Source: Arenicellales bacterium (GTDB lineage: Bacteria; Pseudomonadota; Gammaproteobacteria; Arenicellales; JAJDZL01). From it: DNA of 64,000 nt. Of the stretch, positions 61,934 to 64,000 are shown piece after piece. The notes under the pieces are model-generated. The model was not told the DNA's origin, searched no databases, and saw nothing but the letters and a program-made list of their open reading frames with translations. The translations under genes were made by a program, and so were the position numbers. The stretch is from the NCBI GenBank assembly GCA_965220395.1, contig CBDCPT010000003.1, positions 136,747-200,746 of the forward strand, in the 5' to 3' direction. How positions within the stretch are numbered: the stretch's first letter is position 1; every line of letters starts with the position of its first letter.

Positions 61934-63136
61934 CTAAGACTGTAGCTTGCTTATCAGCCTTGAAAGCGATATTACCGTCACGTCATTGCCAATTGGAAAT
62001 TCATCATTTCCCCCATAAACAACGTATTTTCTGGAAGCTCCGATTTGTTCGCAGGTCCGATTGAAATGCTTGCTTATTTTAGGAGCTACTCCATATTTCA
62101 CCTCGATTGCCAGGATTTCAGTGGACGATAACCTGACCACCAAATCAATTTCTGCACCTGCGGCTGTCTTATAAAAATAGGCTTCGGTACGAGGTGGTAG
62201 TACAGAACGAATGTTCTCAATAGCAAAACCCTCCCAGCTTTTTCCTAGTACAGGGTTAGACAGGAGTGCGTCATGGCTATTGATTCCCAACAGTCGGTGC
62301 TGAATGCCGCTGTCACGAATATAGTAGCGTGGTGATTTCACCAGTCTTTTCTTCACATTGGCGTACCACGGTTCGAGACGCCTGACAAGTAAGAGATCAA
62401 CAAGAATTTCGAGGTAATAGTTGACCGTCTTGCCATCAATTTCGAGATTGCCACCCAATTTCGAATGATTGACAGGCTCACCCTGCAAATGTGCCAGCAT
62501 TGTCCATAGACGCCGTAGCCTGTTTGCAGGAATGCGAAAGCCCATTTGTGGAACGTCACGTTCAAGGTAGGTACGGATTAAGTCTTCCAGCCAATCCATG
62601 CTTAGATCGTCATCTGCAGCTAGATAGCTGTCTGGAAACCCACCTCTTAGCCACAACTTTTGCAGGTTGTTCTTGTCCTCTCCGACTTCCAGAGCGTTGA
62701 AACCGCTCAACTCAAGATAACTGATCCGACCTGCCAAGCTTTCAGATGATTGGCGTAGTAAATCAATTGAGGCAGAACCGAGCAATAGAAATTGCGCTGA
62801 CTTTCGACCTTGTTCCCTGTTCTTGTCGATAATCCCGCGCAACACTGTAAACAATTCGGGGGCGCGCTGAATTTCGTCTAATATGATAAGTTTGTCGTTG
62901 TGACTTTCTAGATAAGTGGTTGGGTCACTCAATTTAAGCAAATCTTCTGGGGCTTCCAGGTCCAGATAGACTGAATTCTGACTCTGAGCGATAGTTTTGG
63001 CAAGGGTTGTTTTACCAACCTGACGAGCGCCAAGAAGCGCCACAACGGGTCTCTGCGCTATAGTTTTGTGAAGTTTTTCTGAAATCCATCTCGGTAACAT
63101 ACCGAGTATATTAGGACATAAGCTCCGAATATACAA
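61934..63136 (-). CDS. AAA_14 ATPase with DUF4143 domain
   Basis: GARQVGKT, ILDEIQ, LLGSAS, RGGFP, KSPRYYIRDSG, EIDLV..IEVK; likely start MLPRW. Confidence 0.9.
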   Translation of the reverse strand: MYIRSLCPNILGMLPRWISEKLHKTIAQRPVVALLGARQVGKTTLAKTIAQSQNSVYLDLEAPEDLLKLSDPTTYLESHNDKLIILDEIQRAPELFTVLRGIIDKNREQGRKSAQFLLLGSASIDLLRQSSESLAGRISYLELSGFNALEVGEDKNNLQKLWLRGGFPDSYLAADDDLSMDWLEDLIRTYLERDVPQMGFRIPANRLRRLWTMLAHLQGEPVNHSKLGGNLEIDGKTVNYYLEILVDLLLVRRLEPWYANVKKRLVKSPRYYIRDSGIQHRLLGINSHDALLSNPVLGKSWEGFAIENIRSVLPPRTEAYFYKTAAGAEIDLVVRLSSTEILAIEVKYGVAPKISKHFNRTCEQIGASRKYVVYGGNDEFPIGNDVTVISLSRLISKLQS

Positions 63137-63241
63137 GGTTTAATTTTGTCCAAGATAATTTGAAAAACTATGAAGAAAGAATGGAATTACGCTATGAATA
63201 GTCTATGGAACTCAACAGTTTCCATATCGCGTTCAATTCAA

Positions 63242-64000
63242 TTATCGAATTTGTGCAACTGCATCACGCAATCTTGCAAGTTCTTCGTCGCTTCCATTTG
63301 GCGCCATTTCAATCAATGACTTCATTTTATTTACATCTTTTGCGTATTCCTTCAGTCTACGTTCATAACTCGCTCTGTTTTTGGTGCAGACAAGAATATA
63401 AGGGCTGCCTTTTCGTTCCGTTACGTGAAAAAGGTCTAGTTGTTGATCATCAATTATTCTATGCAGGTGCGCGCGCAAATCTTTTCTAAGCGGAAACCTT
63501 GCAACCTGTTGTTCGGGGTTCTCACAGAATTTGCGAAGATTTTTACAATGTTGGCAATTGCAAGAGGTATTAGCGGAAATTTGCCAATCTCTTGGCTGCT
63601 CGGGAGGAGTATCGCTACGCTGAAGCAAGTAGTTTGTGGATACATACCACAGTGATGCATATGCTTCCGAATGAAATACATCGTCGATTTCACTCAATTC
63701 AACAAGTGCTTTTGGCACAGACCGATCAAGCAATACCACCTTTGGGTACTTTTCCAACACTTCAGGTAGATACTGTGCAGTATCCATCGCGTCCGCTCGC
63801 CAAAATAGCACAAATAAATTCTTTAGTGTTTCTTTGCCTAGTGTGGGTCGTTTTCTTTCATAGAAATAATCCGTTTTTTCCATCTTGGAAGACAGGGCAT
63901 TTGGAAGCATCTGAAAAATTTCTGCAGAACACTTTTTAAAGAGATGCTTTCTCCCATTGTCCGATAAGCTGATCTTACGGTCTAAAAGCATAAGCATTTG
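63242..64000 (-). CDS. C-terminal part of a large protein, similar to 2OG-Fe(II) oxygenase-associated proteins; runs off right edge
   Basis: P.DW.....C.C..C..L..F..P...HL....TERKGSPY.LVCTK. Confidence 0.6.
   Translation of the reverse strand, partial: QMLMLLDRKISLSDNGRKHLFKKCSAEIFQMLPNALSSKMEKTDYFYERKRPTLGKETLKNLFVLFWRADAMDTAQYLPEVLEKYPKVVLLDRSVPKALVELSEIDDVFHSEAYASLWYVSTNYLLQRSDTPPEQPRDWQISANTSCNCQHCKNLRKFCENPEQQVARFPLRKDLRAHLHRIIDDQQLDLFHVTERKGSPYILVCTKNRASYERRLKEYAKDVNKMKSLIEMAPNGSDEELARLRDAVAQIR

Overview
This 64 kb window is an accessory, heavily decaying island region of a bacterial genome (probably proteobacterial; lineage is inference). It mixes intact catabolic modules with many toxin-antitoxin genes and relics, IS remnants, MITEs and defence-type genes. 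The catabolic modules are a dimethylformamidase-like alpha/beta pair with an aminotransferase, a DmpA peptidase and an ABC permease; two AMP-ligases; and a complete glpV-R-S-T-P-Q-U-D-K glycerol cluster. The strongest hidden structure is a 3' half of a CAT-anticodon tRNA at 998-1047 plus six more co-oriented copies of its 3' end (14861, 16706, 19717, 21445, 41388, 56271). All six are built as 9 nt + a 5-nt insert + the last 18 nt of the tRNA, with a shared upstream leader. They partition the window into cargo blocks of 1.7-20 kb, suggesting a tRNA-anchored, integron-like accretion array whose integrase is not in the window. Other sequence-supported structures: a 5.07 kb IS1595-family element (24-bp TIRs, 8-bp target duplication) carrying a restriction-modification fusion gene and inserted into dinJ; an Lhr helicase / TerB / DUF2791 ATPase set apparently assembled from two reciprocally decayed copies; two MITEs whose removal restores reading frames; attC-like sites around a DUF1801 gene; and an ISAs1 with a DUF4338(DruA)-like fusion. 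All family calls come from motif recognition by eye, not database searches.
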